From: an uncultured Eubacteriales bacterium
GTDB lineage: Bacteria > Bacillota > Clostridia > Christensenellales > QALW01
NCBI GenBank assembly: GCA_900547955.1
Contig: URIR01000005.1
Location: forward strand, 4,412 to 68,411
Direction of reading: 5' to 3'
Length of the DNA stretch: 64,000 bases
The notes under the pieces were generated by a model that saw only the letters and a program-made list of their open reading frames with translations, had not been told where the DNA came from and made no database searches. Position numbers and translations under genes: made by a program. Every line of letters starts with the position of its first letter. Positions within the stretch are counted from its first letter, which is position 1. Shown piece after piece: positions 37,927 through 45,743 of the stretch.

Positions 37927-38089
37927 TACCCTAAATTGACAAGGGCATATACGGTCAGGACGGGGCTGTTTGAGTGTCCTGCTGTGTTGCTTTTCACTCC
38001 GTGTACTGAAAGCACACCCATTGACGATGACGCAGAAAATGCCGAAACCAGGCCGCTGGAGGCGTGTATCCCCTTGTCAATTTAGGGTA
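37927..38089. mobile_element. Short MITE related to family A (159-bp body, TA/TA flanks)
   Basis: Perfect 17-bp TIRs CCCTAAATTGACAAGGG (37929-37945) and CCCTTGTCAATTTAGGG (38071-38087), similar to the family-A TIR CCCTCAGTTTACAAGG. It ends 3 nt before the recombinase RBS. Confidence 0.6.
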
Positions 38090-38105
38090 TCCGGAGGTAA
38101 ATATT

Positions 38106-38951
38106 TTGGAAGAAAGAATTCTAACAGAAAAAATTATTGAGGAGTTTTCCGAATATCTTAAAAGTGAAGAAAAGAGCAAAAATACCGTAGAAAAATATCT
38201 GCGCGACGCGCGCGCATTCGCATTATATCAAAATGGCGCGGCCGTAACTAAGGAGACGGTTATAGCTTACAAAGGCAGGCTGCTTTCCCAAAACTATGCC
38301 GCGAGGAGCGTTAATTCCATGCTGGCTTCCCTAAACAGCCTGTTTTTGTTTTTAAATTGGCTTGACTGCCGTGTTAAATTCATTAAATTTCAGCGGCAGA
38401 TATACTGTCCGGAGGAAAGGGAATTGACAAAAGCGGAATATATGCGTCTAGTGAATGCTGCCAAAGGAAAAGGCAATGAACGACTTAATCTGCTGATTCA
38501 AACCATTTGCGGAACGGGTATCCGTGTCAGCGAGCTACAATATATAACTGTGGAAGCGGCTGAATGCGGCAAGGCGGTTGTTTCATTAAAGGGAAAAACA
38601 CGCACGGTATTTATTATTAAGGAATTGCGACAGAAGCTGCTTCGTTATATAAAGTCGCAGAAAATTCGCGCAGGCGCAATATTTATTACTCGAAGCGGCA
38701 AACCTATGAGCCGCACTAATATCTGGCGGGAAATGAAAGGCCTTTGCAAGCAGGCGGGGGTAAATCCGGAGAAGGTGTTTCCGCATAATCTGCGTCATTT
38801 ATTTGCCCGTACCTTTTACGGCATTCAAAAGGATATAGCAAAGCTTGCCGATATACTGGGTCATAGCAGCATCAATACTACTCGCGTTTATATTATCGCT
38901 ACCGGCGACGAACACCGAAAGCAATTGGAAAATATGCGGCTTATAATATAA
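38106..38951 (+). CDS. Tyrosine site-specific recombinase (XerC/D-like phage-integrase family)
   Basis: SAM-like N-domain (KNTVEKYLRDARAF). Catalytic residues are GTGIRVSEL (R), HNLRHLFA (H-x-x-R-H) and LGHSSINTTRVYI (H, Y). TTG start at 38106 has GGAGG 8 nt upstream; the ORF-track ATG at 38064 lies inside the MITE TIR. Confidence 0.85.
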   Translation: MEERILTEKIIEEFSEYLKSEEKSKNTVEKYLRDARAFALYQNGAAVTKETVIAYKGRLLSQNYAARSVNSMLASLNSLFLFLNWLDCRVKFIKFQRQIYCPEERELTKAEYMRLVNAAKGKGNERLNLLIQTICGTGIRVSELQYITVEAAECGKAVVSLKGKTRTVFIIKELRQKLLRYIKSQKIRAGAIFITRSGKPMSRTNIWREMKGLCKQAGVNPEKVFPHNLRHLFARTFYGIQKDIAKLADILGHSSINTTRVYIIATGDEHRKQLENMRLII

Positions 38952-38952
38952 G

Positions 38953-38997
38953 AACCGTCCCAATAGACGGTTATAACATAATCCGCATTATGTTGTA
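38953..38997. promoter_or_regulatory. Recombination site 1 (IR-left) of candidate invertible switch
   Basis: Begins 2 nt after the recombinase stop. Flank hairpin AACCGTC-ccaata-GACGGTT, then core ATAACATAAT-CCGC-ATTATGTTGTA. 38968-38997 is a perfect 30-bp inverted copy of 39233-39262. Confidence 0.7.
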
Positions 38998-39041
38998 TAT
39001 TCTTGGCCATTTGCTCCAAACAACACAACAATACATAATAA

Positions 39042-39070
39042 AGAATATCATAAATAAGATAATATTGCAA
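39042..39070 (-). promoter_or_regulatory. Candidate promoter inside the invertible segment, currently pointing away from the surface-protein gene
   Basis: On the - strand: TTGCAA-17 nt-TATTCT with an extended -10 TG (TGaTATTCT). The region is AT-rich, so a chance match is possible. Confidence 0.3.
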
Positions 39071-39189
39071 GCCTTTTAAAGTCAAAATACAAAATTTGCA
39101 TGATTACTGCTTATTTAACACAGCACTAATAAGCCTTTTCAAAGCTGAAAATGAAAAGGTTTGATTTATCATATCCATTTTGGCTTGCC

Positions 39190-39221
39190 AGCGCTCGCGG
39201 TTTAGCTGCGAGCGCTTTTTT
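39190..39221 (+). terminator. Intrinsic terminator inside the invertible segment (functional only in the present orientation)
   Basis: AGCGCTCGC-ggtttagct-GCGAGCGCT followed by TTTTT. After inversion the U-run would precede the hairpin. Confidence 0.6.
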
Positions 39222-39232
39222 ACAACTGATTG

Positions 39233-39277
39233 TACAACATAATGCGGATTATGTTATAACCGCCTATCTGAGCGGTT
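39233..39277. promoter_or_regulatory. Recombination site 2 (IR-right)
   Basis: TACAACATAAT-GCGG-ATTATGTTATAACCG plus flank hairpin AACCGC-ctatctga-GCGGTT. The flank hairpin differs from that of site 1 by a compensatory base-pair change (T-A to C-G). Confidence 0.7.
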
Positions 39278-39328
39278 TTTATATTATCAGCTGTATATTT
39301 TTTAACTGCCTCCGATATTAGCTGCCTG

Positions 39329-39351
39329 CAACATAATGCGGATTATGTTGT
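39329..39351. promoter_or_regulatory. Recombination site 3 (third core copy, same orientation as site 2)
   Basis: CAACATAAT-GCGG-ATTATGTTG has perfect 9-bp palindromic arms around the same asymmetric GCGG centre. It lies 48 nt upstream of the LRR-protein ATG. Confidence 0.6.
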
Positions 39352-39398
39352 GCATGGGCCGGAAGGTAAAAGTCTGAGAAATTTAGGAGGAATTAAGA

Positions 39399-42317
39399 AT
39401 GGGTTTTATTAAGAAGCGCTTGCTGAGCTTTATGCTGGTCTTATGCATGATGCTTAGCCTGGCGTATCCTGCGGTATTTGCAAGCGGTCTGACTGAAGAA
39501 AATTTAATTGCGGTTCCGTTTGACGCTATGGTCATTGAAGGCGGAGTGTACTACGGTATTTCAAAGAGCTGGTTTGAAGAAAACAATCCGGAGGGGGAAA
39601 AGCTGTTTTTATCAGTCGAAATTCCAAACAGCGTAACCGCCATTTATAACGATGGATTCAGAGATAGCTGGTCAAATGAAAAACAGAAAAGAGGGTGTAT
39701 CACTAATTATAATTATGACGGTGATAAAAAATATACGGACAAATACGTAATTGTAGCCATTGATTTTTCAAATGCGGGCAATCTAACGACAATAGGCGAA
39801 CAAGCGGCCATGGGTTGTCCTGTGGAGGGCGTGCTTGATTTATCTAAGACAAAGGTTGAAACGATAGGAAAGAATGCATTTAAAGGATGCACCGGCATTA
39901 CGGGGGTGGTTCTTCCGTCAACCCTGAAAAATATAGGAAGCCAAAGCAGCGGGAGCGTCTTTTACGGCTGTTCCAGTATGCAATTTGTACACACGGCAGG
40001 TTCAGGCTCTCAATCGGCGTTTGAGCTTCCCGAGTCTTTGGAGGTAATAGGCAATCAGAGCTTCTATAAATGCACAGGACTGCCCGCAGGCACAGCCGTT
40101 ACAATCCCGGCTTCAGTTATTTATGTAGGAAGCGAGGTATTCAACTATACCCCCTCTATTACCACTATTATTGTAAAGACAGACGACGCGGGCAAGTACG
40201 ACGGTAAGGCGTTTTCTGACAGCACTAATAAATATGGGCTGGGAAACCGGCTGACTGTTTTTAATAATTCCGCTGCTAAAAACACATTCAAGCCGGGAGG
40301 TTCCAATTCATATAAGAACTCGCTGACTTATGAATTTACGCTGCATTATGGTTATGATACAGATGCTGTTACTCAGCCAAAGCTTTATGGACAGCCGGTT
40401 AATGTCTGCAAAAATGCCGAAGGGTCGTGGGCGGTAAATGAGCAATATCAGATTCCGGAGGCCGAGGCGGAAAACGCGCCCGTCGGCTATGACAGCGGCT
40501 GGACGTATAACGATAAACTTTTGACGGCGGAAACAATTTTAAAGCCGGATGGAGACCATTTATATTTGACTGCGAGCTTTGTTTTGCAGAATCCAACCAT
40601 TGAATTTATCGTGGACGGGAATGTAATTAAAACTGAAAATACATATCCCAAGCTCACTCTTTCTAACGATAAAGAGCATTTAATCGGAGTACAGGTTTCT
40701 CATCCCATCCAAAATGCTGAGGACGCGGATGTAAAAGTAAAATTTGAATATAAGTGGACTGATGTATGGAAGGGCGGCTCTGAAGGCCCGCGGATGAAAG
40801 AACCCGGCTTCGGAAGATATAATTTATGGGATAATCCCGATGTAACAAATACCATTACGATTAACGGATCCGAACATGAGAGAACATCTGCCGGCAATTA
40901 TTCGGGCGAAGATTACGGCGACGGGTATTATTTGTTGGAAGTATACGGATATTATATACCTAAGACGGGCGGACAATGGAAGCTTTTTTACAAATCGGCA
41001 AGCACGGTTATAGGTGCTGATTCCGAAAGGACGGTAAATACCGCTTATCGGTTTGATATCGTTACATCCGCTCCGGCTGAAATTCCTGCGGTTTCTATTG
41101 AGGATATTACTGTGGAATACGGTTATGACCAGGCGGGCTTTATTGCCTCGGTGGACGAACAGGAAGGATATACTTATACCTATCAATGGTACGAGGCGGA
41201 CGCTCAGGGGCAGTCGGAGAACGGACGTCCAATCCAAGGCGCAATAGATAATGAGTATTCTATTCCGACTGGGAAGGACGCGGGGAATTATTATTACTAT
41301 CTTGAAATAACCGCCGTAAAGGCGGATAACGGAGATATCGCCTCCATAGCAGTACCGGCGGGGATAACCGTTACGCCTAAAACTATTACCGTAACGCCTA
41401 AGGAGGGTCAGAAAAAGTATTTTGGCCAGCAGGATCCCGTTTTTGAATATACTCTGTCCGAAGATTGCGGTGCGGAGATAATTGGACGTCTGGAAAGAGA
41501 AGCGGGGGAAGAGATTGGCGCATATATATTTACAAAGGGAACCTTAGCCGTTAATAATCCAAATTATCAGCTGATATTTGCAGAGGGGAATTATACCTTT
41601 GAAATTCAGGAGTATATAGCTGAAGCTGTATTTTCCCCCGAGCAGCCTGATGGAGAGGATAACTGGTATTCCTCAAGCGTGGCGGTTGCTCCTCCTGAAG
41701 GTCATTCCATCAGTATTGACGGCGGAAAAACATGGAGCACAGAGCCTATTCTTTTGGACGAATATGACGGTGATTTTGAGTACCTGCTGCGTTCTGACAT
41801 GGAGGACTATACAAATGGCGCCGTAGCCGTTAACGTAAAACCGCTGAGAGTGGATACTTTAATCCCGGTTATCGAGGGCATTAAAGACGGGATGGTATAT
41901 TGCCTGGAAGCAAGGTTTCAGGTAATAGATAAAAATCTGCGAGACGTAACGGCAAACGGGCAGACTGTAATCCTTAAAGACGGTTTTTATGTTTTGCCGG
42001 CCGGTCAATATGAGATTGCCGCTTCTGACGCCGCCGGCAACAGCGTGACGATAAATGCTGTGGTCAAGCCTGAGCATACTTTTGGCGATTGGATTGTGCT
42101 AAAGGAGGCCACGGCGGCTGAACAAGGCGTAAAAGAGCATATATGCTCGGTATGCGGCTATAAGGAAACCGCTGAAATTCCTTATAATTCAGGAAACACG
42201 GATACTCCGCAGATGGGAGACAGTATTAATACAATGCTGTGGGCCGCGTTAATGCTGGTCTGCTCCGCTTCGCTGGGCATTATAGGAGTTTATAAAAATA
42301 AAAAGCGCACGAGGTAA
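39399..42317 (+). CDS. Cell-surface protein: signal peptide, BspA-type leucine-rich repeats, Ig-like/MBG domain, C-terminal TM anchor
   Basis: Signal MGFIKKRLLSFMLVLCMMLSLAYPAVFA. LRRs (IGEQAAMGC...ETIGKNAFKGCTGITGVVLPSTLKNIGS...LEVIGNQSFYKCTGL). MBG-like block ITVTPK...KKYFGQQDP.FEYTL...GRLEREAGEEIGAYIFTKGTLAV.NPNYQLIF..GNYTFEI. TM helix plus KNKKRTR tail. Confidence 0.8.
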   Translation: MGFIKKRLLSFMLVLCMMLSLAYPAVFASGLTEENLIAVPFDAMVIEGGVYYGISKSWFEENNPEGEKLFLSVEIPNSVTAIYNDGFRDSWSNEKQKRGCITNYNYDGDKKYTDKYVIVAIDFSNAGNLTTIGEQAAMGCPVEGVLDLSKTKVETIGKNAFKGCTGITGVVLPSTLKNIGSQSSGSVFYGCSSMQFVHTAGSGSQSAFELPESLEVIGNQSFYKCTGLPAGTAVTIPASVIYVGSEVFNYTPSITTIIVKTDDAGKYDGKAFSDSTNKYGLGNRLTVFNNSAAKNTFKPGGSNSYKNSLTYEFTLHYGYDTDAVTQPKLYGQPVNVCKNAEGSWAVNEQYQIPEAEAENAPVGYDSGWTYNDKLLTAETILKPDGDHLYLTASFVLQNPTIEFIVDGNVIKTENTYPKLTLSNDKEHLIGVQVSHPIQNAEDADVKVKFEYKWTDVWKGGSEGPRMKEPGFGRYNLWDNPDVTNTITINGSEHERTSAGNYSGEDYGDGYYLLEVYGYYIPKTGGQWKLFYKSASTVIGADSERTVNTAYRFDIVTSAPAEIPAVSIEDITVEYGYDQAGFIASVDEQEGYTYTYQWYEADAQGQSENGRPIQGAIDNEYSIPTGKDAGNYYYYLEITAVKADNGDIASIAVPAGITVTPKTITVTPKEGQKKYFGQQDPVFEYTLSEDCGAEIIGRLEREAGEEIGAYIFTKGTLAVNNPNYQLIFAEGNYTFEIQEYIAEAVFSPEQPDGEDNWYSSSVAVAPPEGHSISIDGGKTWSTEPILLDEYDGDFEYLLRSDMEDYTNGAVAVNVKPLRVDTLIPVIEGIKDGMVYCLEARFQVIDKNLRDVTANGQTVILKDGFYVLPAGQYEIAASDAAGNSVTINAVVKPEHTFGDWIVLKEATAAEQGVKEHICSVCGYKETAEIPYNSGNTDTPQMGDSINTMLWAALMLVCSASLGIIGVYKNKKRTR

Positions 42318-42330
42318 TTATTATAATATA

Positions 42331-42373
42331 ATCAGCGCTTAGGCGGCGGAAATTCCGCCGCCTAAGCGCTGAT
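42331..42373. terminator. Perfect 19-bp-stem hairpin after the surface-protein gene
   Basis: ATCAGCGCTTAGGCGGCGG-aaatt-CCGCCGCCTAAGCGCTGAT. No strong T-run follows, so termination efficiency is uncertain. Confidence 0.5.
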
Positions 42374-42532
42374 TAGCAAGACACGGGGGCCGGAATATAT
42401 TAATATCGGCAAAAAATAACGGGAAAAACCGTAAAAGGTTTTTCCCGTTATTAGTCTTTTAGCTGTAATTCTGTCCTATCCGCAGTACATTTTTATATGC
42501 TGTAAATAACATTTTTATCGCGTGGCGGCATC

Positions 42533-42811
42533 TAGACAATACAATCAGAGTACAATACGCCGCCGAGAGGATGAATTATTCGGTTTTACCGCGTTGTCGT
42601 CCTTGAAATACCCCGGTATTTCTGTGCCCTGCCGCCTTGCAAAACCGAAAATTTATCCTTCTCTGCGGTCGGAGATTTTTGCTTAAGAGCCCGTTGACGG
42701 CCGCACGGCACGCGATTGAGGACATGCCGGGCGTATTTTAAGGACTTCTAAGCAAAGCGGACGCAGCGGGCATTTATGCAAAAACGCATTGTACTTTAAT
42801 TGTATTGTCTA
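42533..42811. mobile_element. MITE family B, copy 1 (275-bp body, TA/TA flanks)
   Basis: TIRs GACAATACAATCAGAGTACAATACG ... CGCATTGTACTTTAATTGTATTGTC. Collinear along its length with the copy at 45746-46020. Confidence 0.8.
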
Positions 42812-42846
42812 TACAAGCTTTGCTCTTTTTTGCCGGCCCTTATAAA

Positions 42847-43293
42847 TTATTCAATAGCGATATGACGGCTGCCCGGCAGTTTTTTTGTTTCCTTTTTAGG
42901 AATTACAAGTTTTAAAATACCGTTTTCAAATTTAGCCGAAACCTCGTCCTCTCTTATATCTTCACCGATATAAAAGCTTCTGCTGCATTGGCCCATATAA
43001 CGTTCTCTCCGGATATAGCGGCCTTTCTTATCCTTTTCATCTTTATCCAGCCCCTTTTGAGCGCTGATGGTCAGATAGCCGTTTGCAACCTGAGCGCTTA
43101 TTTCATCTTTCTTAAAGCCGGGCAAATCAATATCCAGCTCATAGCTCTCGTCCGTCTCTCTTACGTCTGTTTTCATAAGATTTTTTCCGTGTTTTCCGTA
43201 AAGCGGATTGTGACGGTTTAAAGAGGGGACCATATCAAAGGCCTCGTCAAACATTTCATCAAATAAGTTTTCACCAAAAATACTCGGCAACAT
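42847..43293 (-). CDS. hsp20: Small heat-shock protein (Hsp20/alpha-crystallin)
   Basis: Alpha-crystallin core ...MKTDVRETDESYELDIDLPGFKKDEI...ENGILKLVIPK. Confidence 0.92.
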   Translation of the reverse strand: MLPSIFGENLFDEMFDEAFDMVPSLNRHNPLYGKHGKNLMKTDVRETDESYELDIDLPGFKKDEISAQVANGYLTISAQKGLDKDEKDKKGRYIRRERYMGQCSRSFYIGEDIREDEVSAKFENGILKLVIPKKETKKLPGSRHIAIE

Positions 43294-43568
43294 AAATCAT
43301 TCCTCCATTCGTTGCAGCTTGCTGTTGCTGTGGAATAATTTCGCAGCGGCAGTTAAGTTTCCGTTTTTAATATGCAGGCGATGCGGTCAGAGCATAATGC
43401 GTTTTGCTGAGAATATCTGATATATCCGCTTTGCCGCGTAGTCCTTAGACTCCCGGGCGTGTCCTTGACTGCGCGCCTATGCAGCCGTCGATGAGTCAAG
43501 CAAAAATTTTCCGCTTCCGCGGCGCATTGCATTCTGGACATATCGTCTGCTTTTTTAAGTACAATTAT

Positions 43569-43596
43569 ATTATATTCTGAAAATTAGCAATGTCAA
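43569..43596 (-). promoter_or_regulatory. Candidate sigma-A promoter of hsp20
   Basis: On the - strand: TTGACA-16 nt-TATAAT, both hexamers consensus. The -35 lies inside the CIRCE element. This implies a ~270-nt leader. Confidence 0.5.
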
Positions 43597-43610
43597 GAGG
43601 CGAGTGCTAA
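43584..43610. promoter_or_regulatory. CIRCE-like operator (HrcA site)
   Basis: TTAGCAATG-TCAAGAGGC-GAGTGCTAA against the consensus TTAGCACTC-N9-GAGTGCTAA. The right arm is perfect and the left arm matches 7/9. Confidence 0.65.
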
Positions 43611-43667
43611 TCTTAACAAAAATACAATACTTTTTTTACAATTCAAACCATATTATTACTGACTATT

Positions 43668-44664
43668 TTAGAGCAAACCTAAATCCAAAAGCCATGCGGA
43701 TATGTCGTTACGACTGCTTTGGGCGCTGAAGCGCATGCCGTTTTCCCATACTGCTGAATTAGAACAGAGGGCGTGCAGCTTTTCCACGCTGGAGCCTATT
43801 CCGCTGCTTCCAGAGGTGTAAAAGGGTATCAGACGTTTGCCGCTGAAATCACAGCTCCCTAAAAAAGTGCTTATAATTCTGGGCGCGTCTCCCCACCCAA
43901 TAGGATATCCTATTAAATTACGTCGTATTCATGTATATTTTGAATTTTTCCGGGAATTGCCGGCCGGGCTTCGGAATCGCTCTGTTCCATAGAAGCGCGG
44001 GAAGAGGAAACTGAATAATCCAGAACCTCCTGTGCGTAGGGTTGTTCGGGAATTATTCCATAAATGTCTGAGCCTAGGATATCAGCTGCGTATTCAGCTA
44101 TTGTGCGTGTGTTGCCTGTGCAGGAAAAATACGCTACTAAGATGCCCGCTTCATTTGCTGACGAAGAGGGTTCGGATTCATGGGTATTTTGGTTAGTTTG
44201 GGTATTTGCTGCGCCTGTGGAGGGGGTTAAGCCTGCGGAACTGGCTTAGGATGCCGCGCTTTCTGTTTGGAGTTTATCAGAGACTTCTGTTGGAGTTTGC
44301 GCTGCCGTTGGAGAAAGAGTATTTTGACAGGCTGTACCCTCAGTTTACAAAAAAGACCGTCAGAAGGCATAAAATTTGCGTCCTGCTGCGTTGCTTTGAT
44401 TCCAAGTACGCTTGGGTACGTTTCTCCTTCAAGCGCGCTTTACCCGGCGCAAATTTTATGCCTTCTGGCTCTGGAGAGCTCAAGGAAAAAGAATTTCTTC
44501 ATTTTCAAGGCAGACCAAGAAGGCGTTACTTATGAGCACGCTGATTGAGTATAACGCAGAAAATAAAGAAATTTTCCCGTTTTGAGGCGTGCAGTTCCTT
44601 GTAAACTGAGGGTAAAAGAGATAGTAAGCATGAAAATGCAAAAAAAGATAAAAACAGGTTTCAT
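43668..44664 (-). pseudogene. Flavodoxin-like lipoprotein gene disrupted by a MITE, a nonsense codon and a frameshift
   Basis: Signal peptide MKPVFIFFCIFMLTISF (44664 downward) is interrupted by MITE-A at 44337-44612. There is an in-frame TAA at 44246-44248. The flavodoxin core ILVAYFSCTGNTRTIAEYAADILG...YDVI then continues in another frame as IGYPIGWGDAPRIISTFL... after a 1-nt loss at ~43915-43917. Confidence 0.8.
44335..44614. mobile_element. MITE family A, copy B (276-bp body, TA/TA flanks, inverted relative to copies A and C)
   Basis: TIRs CCCTCAGTTTACAA... ...TTCCTTGTAAACTGAGGG. Removing the body plus one TA restores the lipoprotein ORF. Confidence 0.88.
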
Positions 44665-44709
44665 AGAAATGCTCCTTTCTATTTAAAAATTAGTATTTTT
44701 TACGTATGG

Positions 44710-44758
44710 GACGCGCATTCAGAATAGGATGCGGGCGGCGCCGGGATTGTATTGTCTA
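44710..44758. mobile_element. Remnant right end of a family-B MITE
   Basis: ...GATTGTATTGTC followed by TA matches the family-B right terminus. No matching left end is nearby. Confidence 0.4.
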
Positions 44759-44761
44759 AAG

Positions 44762-45649
44762 TCATAAATTGCTAAAGGTTCGGGCGCAGGAGCAGCCGCT
44801 TGTATTTTTGCCGGATTTGGACACTATTATTTCTCCCTTTGCCTGAGGAATATCCCGAATTATCTGCTTTACCTCGGGTACCGTGATGCAGCCTGAAAGA
44901 GGATTTTTAATGCTGAGCATGGGCGTCGTTATGGAGGCCTGCACATCCGAACGCTCAAAGGCAAAGTCCGCTCCTTCCATCCGGCAGTTTATCAGCTTTA
45001 AGCCCTTGCAGTAGCAAAGGGGCTGTGTGCCGGTAATGGTGCAGTTTTCAAAGGTAACGTTTTGGCAGTACCATGCCAGGTACTCGCCTTTTATAATGCT
45101 ATTGCGTATTTTGATATTTTTGGCGTGCCAAAAGGCGTCTTTGGTATCAAATACGCAGTTCTCAAACAGGGCGTCCTCAATATACTGAAAGGAATATTTG
45201 CCTTTTAAACGCACATTGTTAATGCGCAAATGGGAAGCGCGCAGCATAAAGTATTCGCCTTGAGCGGTGCAGTCGGACATGCTAATATCATTTGAAGACC
45301 AGCCGAATTCAGGGGAAATTATATCCGAATCTGTTATTTTTATTTCGCTGCATTCTCTTAAAGCCTTAATGCCGTGCAGCTGTGAGCTTTTTATTTCAAT
45401 GCCGTCAGAATACCACAGGGCTGCACGGCAAAGCTCGGTCATTTGAGAATTTTTAATTATCAGGCCGTGACCGTGCCATAAAGGATAGCGCAGATTAAAA
45501 AAACAGTTTTCTACTTGAACGCCCGAGCATTCTTTAAGCGCGCTTTCTCCGTCCGCGGGTCCGTCAAAGGCGCAGCTTTTTAATAAAATATCCTGTTCTC
45601 CATAAAGGGCGCGTTCCTGGTCAAAGCTTTGATTCTGTATTATTTTCAT
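44762..45649 (-). CDS. DUF3737-like beta-helix repeat protein
   Basis: MKIIQNQSFDQERALYG...ESALKEC..V.ENC.F..RYPLWH repeats. Start trimmed to the ATG at 45649 (GGAGGTG RBS); the ORF-track extension runs into the MITE. Confidence 0.6.
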   Translation of the reverse strand: MKIIQNQSFDQERALYGEQDILLKSCAFDGPADGESALKECSGVQVENCFFNLRYPLWHGHGLIIKNSQMTELCRAALWYSDGIEIKSSQLHGIKALRECSEIKITDSDIISPEFGWSSNDISMSDCTAQGEYFMLRASHLRINNVRLKGKYSFQYIEDALFENCVFDTKDAFWHAKNIKIRNSIIKGEYLAWYCQNVTFENCTITGTQPLCYCKGLKLINCRMEGADFAFERSDVQASITTPMLSIKNPLSGCITVPEVKQIIRDIPQAKGEIIVSKSGKNTSGCSCARTFSNL

Positions 45650-45743
45650 TAAAAAACACCTCCATAACTGTTTGGCTGAATAATGTCCGAACGGCTGTAA
45701 ACTTAGAAACTCATAACGCCGTTTTTTTATTTGATAAACCAGG

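Larger units (their letters stand above)
38998..39232. other. Candidate invertible DNA segment (~235 bp)
   Basis: Bounded by the 30-bp perfect inverted repeats. It contains a + strand intrinsic terminator and a - strand promoter-like element. Confidence 0.55.

Noticed and set aside
38953-39277. Alternative reading of the inverted-repeat pair as a third MITE family
   Set aside because: This is not favoured, for four reasons. It starts 2 nt after a recombinase stop codon. Its core has recombinase-site symmetry with an asymmetric centre. A third core copy lies nearby. No TA or other target duplication, and no other copy, is seen in the window. It is kept as the main alternative hypothesis in the finding.
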